This document shows positions 62,001-64,000 of a stretch of 64,000 nucleotides of DNA, piece after piece. The notes beneath the pieces were generated by a model that worked only from the letters and a program-made list of their open reading frames with translations, had not been told where the DNA came from and made no database searches. The position numbers were made by a program, and so were the translations under genes. How positions within the stretch are numbered: the stretch's first letter is position 1; the number at the start of each line of letters is the position of its first letter. The stretch comes from Okamejei kenojei (lineage: Eukaryota): positions 86,738,001-86,802,000 of the forward strand of contig CM069138.1 of assembly GCA_035221665.1 (NCBI GenBank), given 5' to 3'.

Positions 62001-63369
62001 GATTATTTAATTATTAATAATATGGATAACGCGAGACAGAATATTTATTATCTTATTCTGAAACTGGTCTACATTGGACAAAACTGCTCCTTTCTGTGAT
62101 GTTCATGCAGATAGAGTGGCTCATGCGTTGCATTTAGGAGTCTAAATGCCTGCTGTACGAGCGCGGGTTTGTGAGCTTGCTCTCCAATGCATGCAATAAG
62201 CTACTGTGCAGTCCACTGGCTGATTGATACAGTCTGGGTCAGATTTGTTTGACGGTAGCTGTGTGGCATCTCCTTTGAGTTCCTTTCCTCAATATGTAAA
62301 TAGCAGGTTGCATCACTCTAGCGATAGCCCATATTTGGCGATTTAGCATGGCTTTAACAGTCTCTAAAGGCTAGAAGCCCCTTCCGCCAAGCTCTAGGTT
62401 CATTAATCATGCCCTGTATTTGTGTTCATTTTCCTTTGCATCTGAGACTGTGCATGTAAATGGTCATGACATTATTTGTCCCATCAAAGTATCTCCAACC
62501 CACTTCTCAAAGGAAAATACCAGATTCACCTTTATAGGAATAATAACGCAACCCACCAACCTTCTCCCAAAAAGGCAAAACCATAATATATCTAAATTGT
62601 AAAATAAAGCAGCCAGCAGTGGGGAAATTTTCTTTCTAAATAAAAGCAATTTATCTGGAATGTGCTGGGTATCTTCCTGTATAATTGGCTGCCATTAAGT
62701 AAACATAATCTGCAATGCACCTTTTATCTTGTTTTTTTTTCTGGGATGCATTAACATCTTTGATTGAAGTAGCTATGTGAGCAAAACAAGGCCACATTCA
62801 ACTTTGAAAATTAGCACATTAACATGCACACAGTCTTGAGAATCTGCTTAAATTGAGAAATACGTTCTTGAACTAGGACCAGTTATTCAACAGGAAATAA
62901 ACCACACAATTAAAATTAACTAGCAAACTTTGTCTCAAATAACAACATCTTCATTAAAAAATATCCTAATATCACAACTCTGACATAAAAACATGAAGGT
63001 GACCCTAAAAAAAAAACCTACCCTAACTATTATTTGCTTTCAGCACAAATTGCTTGCAAAGAGGATTTCTGAGGATTTACTTACTTCAAATCAGAGATAT
63101 GAATGAGCATTAGAACAGAATATTGTCATAATTTTATCACAAGTCTGAAGCCTTTACATTTTCCTCAGTGTTTTCACTCTCAATGTTTTAAATAAACCAC
63201 AAAACAAAAATAATTAAAGAAACACAAAATAATATTCAGGGAAGAAAATAGCTATCAAACTCCTGTATTGACTTGAAGAAAATAAATGAATCGAGATTTG
63301 TCCTTATTTCTCAGTAGATTATGAAAAAAAACTGTGAGGTTGTGCCAGGAACTGGGAACGACAAACACA

Positions 63370-64000
63370 TGAGAGAAAAGGAGAGGTGGGGTGTGCACAG
63401 GTAGACAGAGGCAGAGTACTCCCAGAGTGAGAGAGACAGAGATGGACGTGGTGGGGTTGGGGGGAGTGAGAGATGGACAGGCGGAACATCCATCAGAGAC
63501 CAGGAATCCCCGGGAACAAGGGGTGCAGGCAAGAGGTAGTGAGGGAGCACATGGGAAAGGGCGGCACAAGGAGAGAAACTGGTGCATGAGGACGAGATAA
63601 AGAGCAAGAAGGGGTATACACGCAAGAGCGTTTGCATGTGTGCGAGCACCTAATAGAGCGATGGAGAAAGGCAGAAGAGAGGGAGACCATGCAAGTGAGA
63701 GAGTGTGTGCGTGCTGGGGAGACAGGACAGGTGAGAGCACAAGAGCAGGAATACACATGCAAGAACGGGCAAGCCAGTGAGGGAGCATAAGAGGGCAAGA
63801 GAGAGCAAGAGAGAGGGGTGAGAGAGAGAGGGTCAGAGAGAGGGGGAGAGCAAGAGGGGCCAGACAACGGGTGAGAGCAAAGAGGCAGGAGAGCGAGTGA
63901 TGGAGGCATGAGCGAGAGACGGAGAGACAGCGAAGCACAACGGGAGGACCCGAGGCAGAGAGGGAGACGGCGAGAGAGGGATGGCGCGAGACGGGGAGAG
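63370..64000. repeat. Degenerate GA-rich low-complexity tract
   Basis: gagagagacagag/gagagcaagagag units; explains the Leu/Ser/Pro-rich minus-strand ORFs. Confidence 0.85.

Noticed and set aside
63255-63938. 227-aa minus-strand ORF (longest in the track) and overlapping ORFs
   Set aside because: Arises from a GA-rich low-complexity tract that lacks stop codons on the pyrimidine strand; no domain motifs.

Overview
This is eukaryotic, essentially non-coding vertebrate DNA. The repeat complement (HE1 V-SINEs with CR1 tails, SacSINE1-like Deu-SINE relics, shark-type CR1 and Penelope elements) points to a cartilaginous fish, probably a skate or ray. I could not identify any host protein-coding exon with confidence. 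Almost all long ORFs in the track are retroelement fragments or spurious. The first ~47 kb is dense in nested, decayed retroelements (CR1, Rex1/Babar, RTE, L2, Penelope, one HERO-like restriction-endonuclease element, HE1 SINEs) plus PIF/Harbinger-type and Tigger-like MITEs. The last ~16 kb is comparatively repeat-poor, has enhancer-like motif clusters and contains a 196-N gap. A few minus-strand splice and polyA signals suggest the window may be the 3' end and large introns of an unidentified gene. Most notable: (1) a hammerhead-ribozyme core in the HERO-like 3' UTR whose three strands occur in a reversed, pseudoknotted order that fits none of types I/II/III; (2) many TSD-flanked, protein-free Penelope pLTR mini-insertions carrying minimal hammerheads, including fold-back palindromic forms. 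All coordinates were read by eye, and the boundaries of old repeats are approximate.
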